This document shows positions 21,213-31,222 of a stretch of 64,000 bases of DNA, piece after piece. The position numbers were made by a program, and so were the translations under genes. The stretch covers positions 3,680,001-3,744,000 of the forward strand of contig OY776510.1 in NCBI GenBank assembly GCA_963675665.1, read 5' to 3'. The notes below the pieces were generated by a model that ran no database searches, was not told the origin of the DNA, and saw nothing but the letters and a program-made list of their open reading frames with translations. Source of the DNA: Spirochaetia bacterium. Its GTDB lineage: Bacteria > Spirochaetota > Spirochaetia > UBA9216. Numbering within the stretch: the stretch's first letter is position 1; each line of letters starts with the position of its first letter.

Positions 21213-21378
21213 AATATATTCTCCATTTTCATCTATAATTTATATAAAATCCTGAATGTATAAAATGTTTATTCCTATTTTAAAATTGCCTATTTGTACG
21301 AAATACAAGAGTGACTGCTTCCATTTCTGTCAAATTTATGCTTAAAATATGAGTCTTATCCACAAGGAGGGTAATTAC

Positions 21379-22260
21379 ATGAAGAATAAAACAAATCAGA
21401 TAAAATCGTTGTTGCTAGACTATCTTCCTTCGGATATGTATTTCGAGACCGCCCTTAAGGGGGTTGCCCTGGTCAGACGTGAGACTCCTTACCAACCGAA
21501 ACCGATAATATACAAACCACAGGTCATTATTCTTGCACAGGGGAAAAAGCGTGTATATATAGGCAACAAGACATACACTTATGATTCCCATAATTATTTT
21601 GTTCTGACAGTACCGCTTCCTGTTATGTGTGAAGCGATAATAGAGGAAGGAAAACCCATGCTTGGAATAGTAATACAAATCGACCCTCAAATTATCGGGG
21701 AAATTCTCTTTGAGATGGATATGGATTCGCCTCAAAAAAAACAAATGAACAACAGTATATACCAGGCGAAATTATCAGATGATTTGGAAGATGCTGTTAT
21801 GCGGTTACTTAAAACATTAAAATCAAAAAATGAAACAAGAATATTGGGTCCAGTCTATTTAAAAGAGATCTTATTCAAGATTCTTAATGGGGAGCATGGA
21901 GAAATTCTGAGAGAATTAGCCTACAACAACAGAAACCTGTATCAGATTTCAAGAGCCATTAACAAAATTCACGCAGGCTACTTCAATCCAATCGAAATTC
22001 AATCTTTGGCACATGAAGCAGGAATGAGTATCTCCACATTTCACAGCAGTTTTAAAGTGATAACCAGCACATCTCCGCTTCAGTATATCAAGAATATCAG
22101 GCTTCACAAGGCAAAAGAACTAATCCAGCAGGAAGGAGAAAAGGTATACGAAGCTGCAATGCAGGTTGGTTACGAAAGTTCATCACAATTCAACAGGGAG
22201 TATAAACGACTTTTCGGAGTAACCCCTGCAAAGGATAGTACAGAAAGTCCGGTTTACTGA
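21379..22260 (+). CDS. AraC family transcriptional regulator (AraC_N type)
   Basis: AQGKK.V, SPLQYIK..RL, VGYESSSQFNREYKRLFG; AAGGAGG RBS. Confidence 0.9.
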   Translation: MKNKTNQIKSLLLDYLPSDMYFETALKGVALVRRETPYQPKPIIYKPQVIILAQGKKRVYIGNKTYTYDSHNYFVLTVPLPVMCEAIIEEGKPMLGIVIQIDPQIIGEILFEMDMDSPQKKQMNNSIYQAKLSDDLEDAVMRLLKTLKSKNETRILGPVYLKEILFKILNGEHGEILRELAYNNRNLYQISRAINKIHAGYFNPIEIQSLAHEAGMSISTFHSSFKVITSTSPLQYIKNIRLHKAKELIQQEGEKVYEAAMQVGYESSSQFNREYKRLFGVTPAKDSTESPVY

Positions 22261-22287
22261 TTTATAAAGTAAGCGGTAATTCTTCCC

Positions 22288-23820
22288 CTATGACTTTATC
22301 TGTTCAGCGGTCAGGTTGAACGGTAGCAGTTTTTCATAATCTGCGGGTTCTTCACAGTACGGTAACTTGCGAAAAACATAGTAGAAGTAATCATAGACCG
22401 ATAGCTTCTGCAATTTAGCAGATTCAACAAGACTGTAGAGTACCGCCGAAGATTCGGCTCCATGTTCGGTGTCGGAAAACAACCAGTTCTTCCGTCCGAT
22501 TACAAACGGCCGGATTGCATTTTCAGCAATGTTGTTCGACGGAGTAAGCAGCGGATCTTCCAGGTATAACTTTAACTGAACCCAGTTATCAAGCGTGTAT
22601 GATATCGCCTTCCCGAAAGCCATTGTAGGCGGAGTCCCTGCTGCATGTTTAGTAAGCTGTTTGAATAAAGAATCAAGGATAGATCCGGCCTGGTTGGCTC
22701 GATGCTTCTGAAAGCCTTTTTTGGAATATTGCTCGCGCAGGGCTTCAAGCTCGAACAGGTCTTTAATCAATTCAAGTATATGTTTTACTTCCGGAGATTT
22801 AGACATCTCCCAGTATTTATAAAAATACCTTCTGGCATGCGCCCAACATAAAACATGACGAGGTCCATCATGTCCATCTTTTCGCAGCCTTTTCAAAGCA
22901 GTGTGATAGGCCTCATAATCATCAGTCTGCAACCAACCGGTATAACCTTGCAGAAAATCATACGGTATTTCATGAGAACGGCCTGTTTCATACTGAAACA
23001 CTACCGATTTTTTATCAGGTTTTCCGCCAAGAAAGACCCACATCCAGGATTTATCCTGTGCTTTGCGACCTTTTTCTTTCAAAACCTGTACCCGGGTTTC
23101 ATCGGCATTTATTATCGGCCCGTTTTTAATATTATCTTTAAGCAACTCATAAATCGGTCTGCATTTATCAGCGCACTTTATTGCCAATGTGCTCAGTGTT
23201 GCCCTTGGAATATCTGCACCAATTGTATTCAGTCTCTTGCTCTGACGGTAGAACGGGAGAGCATATTCAAACTTCTCATTTATGATCCACGCGAGAAGGC
23301 TTTCATCGGCAATGCTCCCGGCGATCAGATGTTTAATCCCTTCAGCAGTCTGCACCCCCGAAGTTTCATCGGTGGTTCCTTCACAATTTCTGCAAACATA
23401 TTTTTTCTTTATCTCACGCCTGACTACTACTTTCGCAGGAACTATGCATAGCCGTTCGGAGACATCTTCACCAATACAAATCTTCTCAGTTCCGCAAGCG
23501 CATGTTTTATCTTCCTCATCAATATCGTATTCAATAATTTCTCGGGGAAGATCTTCTGACAGAGCTTTTCTACCGACACCCTTACGAACAGTTTTCGTGT
23601 GAGCTTTTACTTCACGGGTCTCAGTTTCTATTTCTTCGTTCTGCTCAAATGCCGTATCCTCTGCCTCGTTGAAAAGTGACGCCTGTTTTTTATCTTCATT
23701 CGTGAGCTTCTCTGATTTTGTTCCGAAATGAAGAGATTGCAAAAGCTGGACCTGCTCTTCTAATCGGGCAATTTTTATTTTTAATTTCTCATTCTCTTCA
23801 AGCAAAGCCTGGCTGTTCAT
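22288..23820 (-). CDS. tnpC: IS66 transposase TnpC
   Basis: FGTKSEK, zinc ribbon, LPFYRQ, ADETRV, CWAHARR, SNN.AENAIR, GRKNWLF. Confidence 0.95.
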   Translation of the reverse strand: MNSQALLEENEKLKIKIARLEEQVQLLQSLHFGTKSEKLTNEDKKQASLFNEAEDTAFEQNEEIETETREVKAHTKTVRKGVGRKALSEDLPREIIEYDIDEEDKTCACGTEKICIGEDVSERLCIVPAKVVVRREIKKKYVCRNCEGTTDETSGVQTAEGIKHLIAGSIADESLLAWIINEKFEYALPFYRQSKRLNTIGADIPRATLSTLAIKCADKCRPIYELLKDNIKNGPIINADETRVQVLKEKGRKAQDKSWMWVFLGGKPDKKSVVFQYETGRSHEIPYDFLQGYTGWLQTDDYEAYHTALKRLRKDGHDGPRHVLCWAHARRYFYKYWEMSKSPEVKHILELIKDLFELEALREQYSKKGFQKHRANQAGSILDSLFKQLTKHAAGTPPTMAFGKAISYTLDNWVQLKLYLEDPLLTPSNNIAENAIRPFVIGRKNWLFSDTEHGAESSAVLYSLVESAKLQKLSVYDYFYYVFRKLPYCEEPADYEKLLPFNLTAEQIKS

Positions 23821-23858
23821 AAATAAATTTTAACATGATTAAATTCCGGTGTGAAGCA

Positions 23859-24203
23859 TTAAACGCGGGAATATGATAATTCTTTATGCGCGTTGAAGAA
23901 ATCTATCCCGTCCAGCAGCATCTTAAGTTCCTCGAATCTGATTTCTCTGGCCTCTTCTTCTGTTTCAGGCCAGGGAAACTTGTTCTTCTCCAACCGTTTC
24001 TGCCATAGGCAGAATCCGTTTCGATCCCAGTAGACAATTTTCAAAAGTTTTTGTTGGCCGTTACAGAACAGAAACAAACTTTTCGAAAACGGGTCATTAT
24101 GCATTACGTTCTGAATCTGAAGGCTCAATCCGTTTACCCCTTTTCTTAAATCCGTTTTGCCGGGCCGTATAAAATATCGGTAATCTGTATAATCGAAAAT
24201 CAT
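23859..24203 (-). CDS. tnpB: IS66 accessory protein TnpB
   Basis: TDLRKGVNGL, LFLFCN, WDRNGFCLWQKRLEK..F.WP. Confidence 0.95.
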   Translation of the reverse strand: MIFDYTDYRYFIRPGKTDLRKGVNGLSLQIQNVMHNDPFSKSLFLFCNGQQKLLKIVYWDRNGFCLWQKRLEKNKFPWPETEEEAREIRFEELKMLLDGIDFFNAHKELSYSRV

Positions 24204-24496
24204 TCAAGTTCTCCGATTATTCTCAGAACTGATTTCAGCTCGGCTTCATCAAACCCGGCAGTTATTGATATTAAAAACTTTTTGGACTTCAATACAATTG
24301 GTGCAGCTGCTACAGATTGAACGGGTTTTATTTCTATTATCTCTGAGCTCTTTGACAGGTTCATACCGAACCGTTTTCTGTGCTTATAGAAAGTATTTGG
24401 ATGAATTTCAATCTCTTTGCAAAACTCCGGAATTGATTTTCCGCTCATCTGTTGTTGTTCAAATATTTCTTCCCAGTTTTTGATTATCTTCTTCAT
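24200..24496 (-). CDS. tnpA: IS66 accessory protein TnpA (HTH)
   Basis: W...SGKSI.EFC....I...TFY HTH; GGAGG RBS; overlaps tnpB. Confidence 0.85.
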   Translation of the reverse strand: MKKIIKNWEEIFEQQQMSGKSIPEFCKEIEIHPNTFYKHRKRFGMNLSKSSEIIEIKPVQSVAAAPIVLKSKKFLISITAGFDEAELKSVLRIIGELE

Positions 24497-24656
24497 TTCA
24501 TTCCTCCGTGATTCTTTTCCCGGAGGATAGTACATTTTCAGATTTTCGCAAGAAGGAAAGAATTACCGCTTACTTTATAAAAATAAATCACCCTATATGT
24601 GTTTACTGCATCTTTGCAGGCGATACGAAAATCATGGTGTGGCATGAGATTCTCCA

Positions 24657-24824
24657 ATCAGGGACGGTCGAAAACACAGGGCAAACGGTGAAATGGCATA
24701 CCATTCGCTTGAAGTTATGACTAAAATGCTTCGTTCAGCAAAAGAAAAACAATTCTTTAAGATTGACAGCACTTGCTCGCTGCCTGAACCGCTACCGGTA
24801 GACTTTCCCGGCAATGAAGATTAA
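24657..24824 (+). pseudogene. 3' remnant of a Gfo/Idh/MocA-type oxidoreductase
   Basis: Start-less frame IRDGRKHRANGEMAYHSLEVM...IDSTCSLPEPLP resembles the C-terminus of this family; in-frame stop just upstream. Confidence 0.6.
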
Positions 24825-24845
24825 CCCTGGAGATACCCATAATAT

Positions 24846-25586
24846 TTATGTTGCCAATCTCATCCGGTGCAGTTCTGAACTCATAAGGCTATGGCACTTC
24901 CGGGCCAGCGTCTCTGTAGGAGTGCCCTTTTCAACAAACATAACCGGAAGTATCGATATTTTAATCTTGTGAAACCCGTTCAGAAATTTCCCGTTGCGCG
25001 GCAGAGCCTGAAAAGCTCCGTCAATCACCACCGGAAGAACAGAAGTTGCAGTATTACAGGCAGAGCGGAACGCACCTTTTTTAAACTCAGCTATGTCTCC
25101 GTCTTCAGTACGTGTCCCTTCAGGGTAAATCATCAGCGAGTCACCCTCAATAAGAATATCGTCCATCTTTCTTATTGCTTCAATCTGGCTTTTCCTGTTT
25201 TGCCGGTCAATCAGGATATGCCCGCTCATAAAAAGATTCCAGCCTACAATCGGCACACGGGCAAGAGTCTTTTTAGCAATCATTTTTGCAGGTAAAAAAA
25301 GCGTAAATACAAGAAGAATATCAAGCATGGATTGATGGTTCATTACAATTACACTAGGTTTTGATCGATTGATGTTCTCACGACCACTGTATTCCACACT
25401 TATCAATGGACAAAGCGTCAGAATAACGGTGCAGAGAATTGAGGTATTGTAATGCATTATCTTTCGATGCTTGTCAAAGGGCGATGTGAAAACAAACAGT
25501 AAAGCCTGTATCGGTATATAAATTATAAAACAGATCAGCAGCTCAAGCCAGCTTATTACAGACAGAATAAGAAATATTAAGGGCAT
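24846..25586 (-). CDS. plsC: 1-acyl-sn-glycerol-3-phosphate acyltransferase
   Basis: NHQSMLD, IYPEGTRT, FKKGAF motifs. Confidence 0.9.
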   Translation of the reverse strand: MPLIFLILSVISWLELLICFIIYIPIQALLFVFTSPFDKHRKIMHYNTSILCTVILTLCPLISVEYSGRENINRSKPSVIVMNHQSMLDILLVFTLFLPAKMIAKKTLARVPIVGWNLFMSGHILIDRQNRKSQIEAIRKMDDILIEGDSLMIYPEGTRTEDGDIAEFKKGAFRSACNTATSVLPVVIDGAFQALPRNGKFLNGFHKIKISILPVMFVEKGTPTETLARKCHSLMSSELHRMRLAT

Positions 25587-25714
25587 AATTTCTCCAGAAG
25601 GAATATTCAAAAGTGATGTGCAAATCTACAATTTTGTTTAATAAAAAGATAGTCTTAGTCAGTGATTTTACTATATTATTTAATCTTAATATAACTTCTT
25701 ATGGATTCAGAGGC

Positions 25715-25888
25715 TTAAATGCTGTCGTCTTCGTCAGTATTTATCTCTTCACCATTTATCTCTTCACCCTGCTCCATTTCGTCTTTGAGCTTTTTTCTTT
25801 CCTGTTTTTTCTTTAACTTTTCCTGTTTTTTCTTCTGCTTTTTTAGTTCCTGCTGTCGTTTCTCATATGAATAAAAGTTTTTAGCCAA
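25715..25888 (-). CDS. Small Lys/Glu-rich protein
   Basis: TTG start with AAGGA RBS; AKNFYSYEKRQQELKKQKKKQEK; lies after RRM gene. Confidence 0.65.
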   Translation of the reverse strand: MAKNFYSYEKRQQELKKQKKKQEKLKKKQERKKLKDEMEQGEEINGEEINTDEDDSI

Positions 25889-25921
25889 GAGGTTTTCCTT
25901 AAGTATCAAAATATAAAAATA

Positions 25922-25949
25922 AAAGCAGCCATCTGGTTATGGCTGCTTT
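25922..25949 (-). terminator. Intrinsic terminator after RRM gene
   Basis: AAAGCAGCCAT-CTGGTT-ATGGCTGCTTT hairpin, U tract on minus strand. Confidence 0.8.
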
Positions 25950-25963
25950 ATTCATCAGAATAA

Positions 25964-26242
25964 TTAACCGTAATTATTATATCTGGGTCTTTCTTTTCTT
26001 TCCTGAGCTTCGTTAACCTTCAGCTCACGACCAAGCAGTTCAGTTCCGTTCAGTGCTGAAATTGCTGCTTCAGCTGCCGAGTCATCCTGCATTTCAATAA
26101 ATCCGAAGCCTTTTGAGCGTTCCGTATATTTATCTGTGATGATTTTTACATCTACAACTTCACCATACTGAGAAAAAACTGTTCTCAAATCACTTTCCTG
26201 AGCATTAAAACTTATATTTCCTACATAAATTTTTTTAGCCAT
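25964..26242 (-). CDS. RRM (RNP-1) RNA-binding protein
   Basis: RNP2 IYVGNI, RNP1 KGFGFIEM, LKVNEA. Confidence 0.95.
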   Translation of the reverse strand: MAKKIYVGNISFNAQESDLRTVFSQYGEVVDVKIITDKYTERSKGFGFIEMQDDSAAEAAISALNGTELLGRELKVNEAQERKERPRYNNYG

Positions 26243-26578
26243 TAGATCTCCTGTTACCGTAATAATATCGGTACTAAAATTTTTTTACCAATAAATCAGA
26301 TAATTCTCGGTCATTATTCGCTGATTAGTACAAAATTAAAAAAGGAGCGGGATCGGTAGGATCTGTATGCATCTTTGATAAATATTAGAAACAATTCAAC
26401 TATTAATAAAGAAATAACCTTCAACATGGTATGTGATAAATCTATAGCTATATGATAACAAAATCAAGCTGTTATTTTTTATTTTGGGAATAAAAACTCC
26501 TATTCCGCATTATAAGACCGGACATTTTGATGTAAAAACTGATTTTCAGGTAAAATTATTAATTCTTTCTATATTCGC

Positions 26579-26609
26579 TTGACCCTCCTCTTACAGGAGA
26601 CATTATTGT
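26579..26609 (+). promoter_or_regulatory. MerR-type promoter/operator
   Basis: TTGACC-19 bp-TATTGT with CTCCT-N5-AGGAG palindrome in the spacer; merR gene in same operon. Confidence 0.75.
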
Positions 26610-26630
26610 TTTTGAATCAGGGGAGGTATA

Positions 26631-27410
26631 ATGAAAAAGCAAGACAACACAGATCTGCCGGTTGTTATAGTACAAAAACTGAAAAAATCATACAGGACCA
26701 GCACTGTTACTGAGGCTCTCAGGGGAATTGACATCAAAGTAAACCGGGGAGAAATCTTCGGAATAATCGGGGAAAACGGCGCAGGTAAAACAACAGCAGT
26801 CGAATGCATGCTCGGTTCCAATATTCCTGATTCCGGAACAGTAAATATTCTCGGTTTTAATCCTTTTACTTCTGACCGCAAAACCCGAAAAGCATTATTT
26901 AACCGAATAGGGTTTCAGTTTCAACAGACTAATTTCCGGAATAAAATAAAGGTTTACGAAACCTGTGAAACAACAGCCGCATTGTACGACAATCCTGCCG
27001 ACTGGAAAGAACTGTTAAAAATATTCAAACTTGATTCCAAAGAGCATGAATACATTTCGGCGCTCTCCGGCGGACAGAAACAGAAGCTTTCGGTCTTACT
27101 TGCACTTATCCCGAGTCCGGAACTTGTTTTTCTTGATGAGTTGACTACAGGACTGGATCCGAAGGCCCGCAGAAGTATGTGGATTTATTTAAAACAGCTT
27201 CAAAGTGAGGGAATAACCATTATTCTTTCTTCTCACTATATGGATGAAGTAGAATATCTTTGCAGCCGTATAGCCATTCTGAAAGACGGGCTGATAACGG
27301 CGGAAGGAACTCCGGCCGAGCTGATTTCCAGGCATTCAACAAAAAACCTTGAAGAAACTTTTCTGTTGTATATGAAAAAAGATGATGATAAAGACTTTAT
27401 TGAAAATTGA
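26631..27410 (+). CDS. ABC-2 type exporter ATP-binding protein
   Basis: GENGAGKTT, LSGGQKQ, FLDELTTGLDP. Confidence 0.9.
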   Translation: MKKQDNTDLPVVIVQKLKKSYRTSTVTEALRGIDIKVNRGEIFGIIGENGAGKTTAVECMLGSNIPDSGTVNILGFNPFTSDRKTRKALFNRIGFQFQQTNFRNKIKVYETCETTAALYDNPADWKELLKIFKLDSKEHEYISALSGGQKQKLSVLLALIPSPELVFLDELTTGLDPKARRSMWIYLKQLQSEGITIILSSHYMDEVEYLCSRIAILKDGLITAEGTPAELISRHSTKNLEETFLLYMKKDDDKDFIEN

Positions 27411-27428
27411 ACGCAGGAGTAAATAATT

Positions 27429-28145
27429 ATGAAAAATACATTTGCAGTTCTGCTTAAAACAGAGATAAAACTGGCTGTCCGGGGAGGCGACATGCTCATA
27501 TTCGGGATAGCAATGCCTGCGGGCATCATGCTCTTGATTGGATATATAACATCACAGCAAACAATGCTTAACGCCTTCAGCGGGGTTGCAAGTATCGGGA
27601 TTTGCGCATCTGCGTTCATGGGAATACCATTAACATTTGCCGGACTGCGCTACGAAAAGATCCTCAAGCAATATAAACCTACTCCGGTAAGCCCGCTGAT
27701 GCTGCTTGGAGCGAATTGCCTGCTTCAGTTTCTTTTCGTTCTGATATCCGGAAGCCTGATATTCCTTATTGCACATTTTTTATTCGGTATTACTCCTGCA
27801 AACGGCTTAAGGTATATTCTTACATTTTTATTCAGCACATTCACTATCTTCAGCCTGGGTTTTCTTATCGGTTCACTGGTACCCGACATTCAAACAGCCA
27901 ACTGGGTTACCACAATCATCTATTTTCCTTCCCTTTTCCTTTCAGGCGCAACCGTACCGTACACGGTGCTGCCGGACGGCTTGAAATCAGTCGCCGGGTT
28001 TTTCCCGATGACTCAGGCTATACATCTGCTTGATAATGCAGTTCACGGCAATCCTGTTAAAGAAGATTATATACGTATTGTTATAATGACCTTTACCGCG
28101 TTAATATGCTATCTGGTTTCAATAAAGATTTTCAAATGGGAATAA
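27429..28145 (+). CDS. ABC-2 type exporter permease
   Basis: Six TM helices, ILK....P, FLSGATVP, FKWE end. Confidence 0.85.
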   Translation: MKNTFAVLLKTEIKLAVRGGDMLIFGIAMPAGIMLLIGYITSQQTMLNAFSGVASIGICASAFMGIPLTFAGLRYEKILKQYKPTPVSPLMLLGANCLLQFLFVLISGSLIFLIAHFLFGITPANGLRYILTFLFSTFTIFSLGFLIGSLVPDIQTANWVTTIIYFPSLFLSGATVPYTVLPDGLKSVAGFFPMTQAIHLLDNAVHGNPVKEDYIRIVIMTFTALICYLVSIKIFKWE

Positions 28146-28158
28146 CGGCGGCGATATT

Positions 28159-28971
28159 ATGTACCGGATAGGTCAATTTTCAAATATTACAAAGGTAACT
28201 GTAAAAGCATTAAGATTTTATGAGGAATCCGGTTTGATAAAACCTGCCTTTATCGATCCGTCAAACGGTTACCGGTATTTCTCATCGGATCAGCTGCCCG
28301 CAATGCATAAAATAGTTTCTCTGAGACAATGCGGTTTTTCTATCCCCGAAATAAAACAGATGCTGGAGGGCCATGATTTGCCCAGGCTCCTTTCCGGACA
28401 GAAGCAGAAGCTTGAATCGGAGCTTACTGAAAAAGCAGCACAGCTGGCATCGATAAATTCATATCTTGATTTCATAAAAGAGGACACTTCCATGAAATAT
28501 CAAATAGTAATTAAAACCCTGCCGAGGGTTATCGTTTATTGCATGAGGACAGTTGTTAAATCATATGACAGCTATTTTGAATTAATCCCGGGAATCGGAA
28601 AAGAAATATGTGCGGCCAACCCCGGATTAAAATGTATTGAAGACCCTCCCTATTGCTTTATTATTTATCATGACGGGGAATACAAAGATCATGATATTGA
28701 TATTGAATTCTGCGAAGCGGTATATGAAGCCGGTGTTGAAACTGAAAATATTAAATTCAAAACCATTGACGCAGTACCCAGAGCCGCATGTATTCTTCAT
28801 AAAGGTCCCTACTCAACCCTTTCCCGTGCTTACAGTGCTGTTTATAAATGGATTGAGGATAATAACTATATTCCGGGCGGAAATCCCCGTGAATCATACA
28901 TAGACGGTATCTGGAATCAAAAGGATCCGGCTGATTGGCTCACAGAAGTGCAGGTACCGCTTCTTGAATAA
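28159..28971 (+). CDS. MerR family regulator with GyrI-like effector domain
   Basis: YRIGQFS, LRFYEE.GL, NGYRYF; HKGPY..L..AY, PRE.Y. Confidence 0.9.
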   Translation: MYRIGQFSNITKVTVKALRFYEESGLIKPAFIDPSNGYRYFSSDQLPAMHKIVSLRQCGFSIPEIKQMLEGHDLPRLLSGQKQKLESELTEKAAQLASINSYLDFIKEDTSMKYQIVIKTLPRVIVYCMRTVVKSYDSYFELIPGIGKEICAANPGLKCIEDPPYCFIIYHDGEYKDHDIDIEFCEAVYEAGVETENIKFKTIDAVPRAACILHKGPYSTLSRAYSAVYKWIEDNNYIPGGNPRESYIDGIWNQKDPADWLTEVQVPLLE

Positions 28972-29136
28972 AGGCTCCTGAGACTTTCCTTCTTGATATC
29001 TTTTCACTATTAAAGTATGATGCCCCAGGTAAAGGCATCAAGCCTTGTTTTAATTGTTCTGCCGTGAATATTGCGGCCTCTTCTTTTCCATGTGTCCGGC
29101 GGGTAGAGATTTGTAACAGCCCGGACCAGGATATAT

Positions 29137-30462
29137 ATGGAAAACAACTCTAATAAAAAGAACCATCGCAGACACAGATCTGCCGCTTCGCCAGTAATTA
29201 ATACAGATGCGCTTACCGGCGTTTTCAAAGCGCTTATACCCGAACTTCAGAAAGCGGTTGCTGCTGAGGGCTACATATCACCCTCTCCAATACAGGAACA
29301 GGCAATACCTCATTTATTAAATGATCGGGATATTCTCGGATGTGCCCAGACGGGAACTGGCAAGACTGCAGCCTTCGCTTTGCCGCTTCTTCAGAAGCTG
29401 TCAAAATACAGCTCCAGACCGGGCCGTGGAACTCCCCGCGCCCTGATTCTTGCTCCGACAAGAGAACTTGCAGCACAAATCGACGACAGCATAAAAGCCT
29501 ATTCCAGGTTTTTAAGGACCAGCCATACCGTAATATTCGGCGGAGTAAACCAGGGCAGCCAGGTAAAAGCTCTCAACCGCGGAGTAGATATTCTTGTGGC
29601 CACTCCGGGCAGGCTTCTGGATCTCATACAGCAGGATTATATATCTCTTTCTGAAATCGGTGTTTTTATCCTTGATGAAGTAGACAGGATGCTCGATATG
29701 GGATTTATTCATGATATCAACAGAATAATGAAATACATACCGGATCAAAGGCAAACCCTGTTTTTTTCAGCAACTCTTCCGCCCAAAATTATGCAGCTTG
29801 CCGAAACAATGGTTAAAACTCCGATCAGGATAGACATAGCGCCTGAACAGCCTGCTGTTGAAAGGATTGAGCAAAAGGTTCTTTTTGTTGCCCAGAAGGA
29901 TAAAAATGCCCTGCTTAAAACCATCCTCGATGACAGCAGTGTTGAGAAGGTCATACTTTTCACCCAGATGAAGCATGTAGCCAACAGGGTCGTCGACAAA
30001 CTGACCTCCGACGGTATCCGAAGCGCTGCAATCCATGGTAATAAAAGCCAGTCAGCCAGGGTCAAGGCCCTCGCAGGTTTTAAAAACGGCGATTACCGCG
30101 TTCTTGTAGCTACAGATGTTGCGGCAAGAGGCATTGATGTGGACGACATAACGCATGTAATTAATTACGATTTGCCGATGGAAGCTGAAACATATGTGCA
30201 CAGGATTGGAAGAACCGCCCGGGCAGGCGCTGCAGGTGTGTCAATTTCGTTCTGCTGTGCAGAAGAACGTGCATATCTTAAAGCTATCGATAAACTTCTT
30301 GGTTCTTCTGTCCCTGTTGAGATGAATCATCCGTATCACTGCAATGAATCTCTTAATTCAAAATTGCCGGCACCGAAAAATTTCGGAAGAGATGCCAACC
30401 GTAAACAGTACCCGGGACGAAGAAGCAGCAGTACAAGAAGACACAACAGATATTCAAAATAA
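29137..30462 (+). CDS. DEAD-box RNA helicase (RhlE-like)
   Basis: AQTGTGKT, PTRELA, TPGRLLD, DEVD, SAT, HRIGRTAR. Confidence 0.95.
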   Translation: MENNSNKKNHRRHRSAASPVINTDALTGVFKALIPELQKAVAAEGYISPSPIQEQAIPHLLNDRDILGCAQTGTGKTAAFALPLLQKLSKYSSRPGRGTPRALILAPTRELAAQIDDSIKAYSRFLRTSHTVIFGGVNQGSQVKALNRGVDILVATPGRLLDLIQQDYISLSEIGVFILDEVDRMLDMGFIHDINRIMKYIPDQRQTLFFSATLPPKIMQLAETMVKTPIRIDIAPEQPAVERIEQKVLFVAQKDKNALLKTILDDSSVEKVILFTQMKHVANRVVDKLTSDGIRSAAIHGNKSQSARVKALAGFKNGDYRVLVATDVAARGIDVDDITHVINYDLPMEAETYVHRIGRTARAGAAGVSISFCCAEERAYLKAIDKLLGSSVPVEMNHPYHCNESLNSKLPAPKNFGRDANRKQYPGRRSSSTRRHNRYSK

Positions 30463-30488
30463 TAAGAATTTCATGTTATAATATTTGC

Positions 30489-31139
30489 ATGAAAAGAAAA
30501 ATCGTTATAGCGGCTGTAATAGCAAGTCTGAGTTTCGCGCTTTCCTCGTGTCTTGATGCAATAGAATATATTACAATAGACAAAAACAGGGATATTCAAA
30601 TCAGTTTCATGATTACTGTGTCGAAGAGCCTTTTCGCGATGGGGGGAGAAGGCGAATCAGTAGAGGAAACATTTGAAAAGGATATTCTTAATCCTGATGA
30701 AATCTCCGGTCTGATACCTGGAGCCAAGAATGTGGAAACACATCTGATAGATTCAGATGTTGATTACGGTTATCTTTTTGTTTTTACTTTGCCCCGGAAT
30801 TACCAGCCTGCTGACGACGTACCGATGACTCCCCGTATCAACTGGGACAGTATGGAAATTCTTCTTACCATGCCTAATACGGAAAAGGAAGAAAAAGCGG
30901 ACACCGCACAAACGAATGAAATTGACGAGATGGCAGAAGCCATCTTTTCCAGCGCCAAATACAAAATACAAATCAGCAAAAAAGTCCTCGAATACTCCTC
31001 GAAAGCTTATGTAAAATCTGCCGATGGAGAAATCATTAATGTTGATCTTGTTGATCTTGGCGACGCATATCTTGTCAACCTGCCCCTGCTTATGGTGATG
31101 ACCAGCGAAAAACAAACGTATCTTGTTTTTGAATTTTAA
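30489..31139 (+). CDS. Hypothetical lipoprotein
   Basis: MKRK, hydrophobic core, lipobox LSSC. Confidence 0.7.
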   Translation: MKRKIVIAAVIASLSFALSSCLDAIEYITIDKNRDIQISFMITVSKSLFAMGGEGESVEETFEKDILNPDEISGLIPGAKNVETHLIDSDVDYGYLFVFTLPRNYQPADDVPMTPRINWDSMEILLTMPNTEKEEKADTAQTNEIDEMAEAIFSSAKYKIQISKKVLEYSSKAYVKSADGEIINVDLVDLGDAYLVNLPLLMVMTSEKQTYLVFEF

Positions 31140-31222
31140 CATGGTTAGATGAAATATAATTCGATTTGCATTCAGGGCTTTAATACTTTATACTAACCAC
31201 ATTTAATAACCAGGGGTAAACC

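Larger units (their letters stand above)
22269..24573 (-). mobile_element. IS66 family insertion sequence, complete (2305 bp)
   Basis: 16-bp perfect terminal IRs GTAAGCGGTAATTCTT; 8-bp target duplication TTTATAAA (22261-22268, 24574-24581); tnpA-tnpB-tnpC. Confidence 0.95.
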
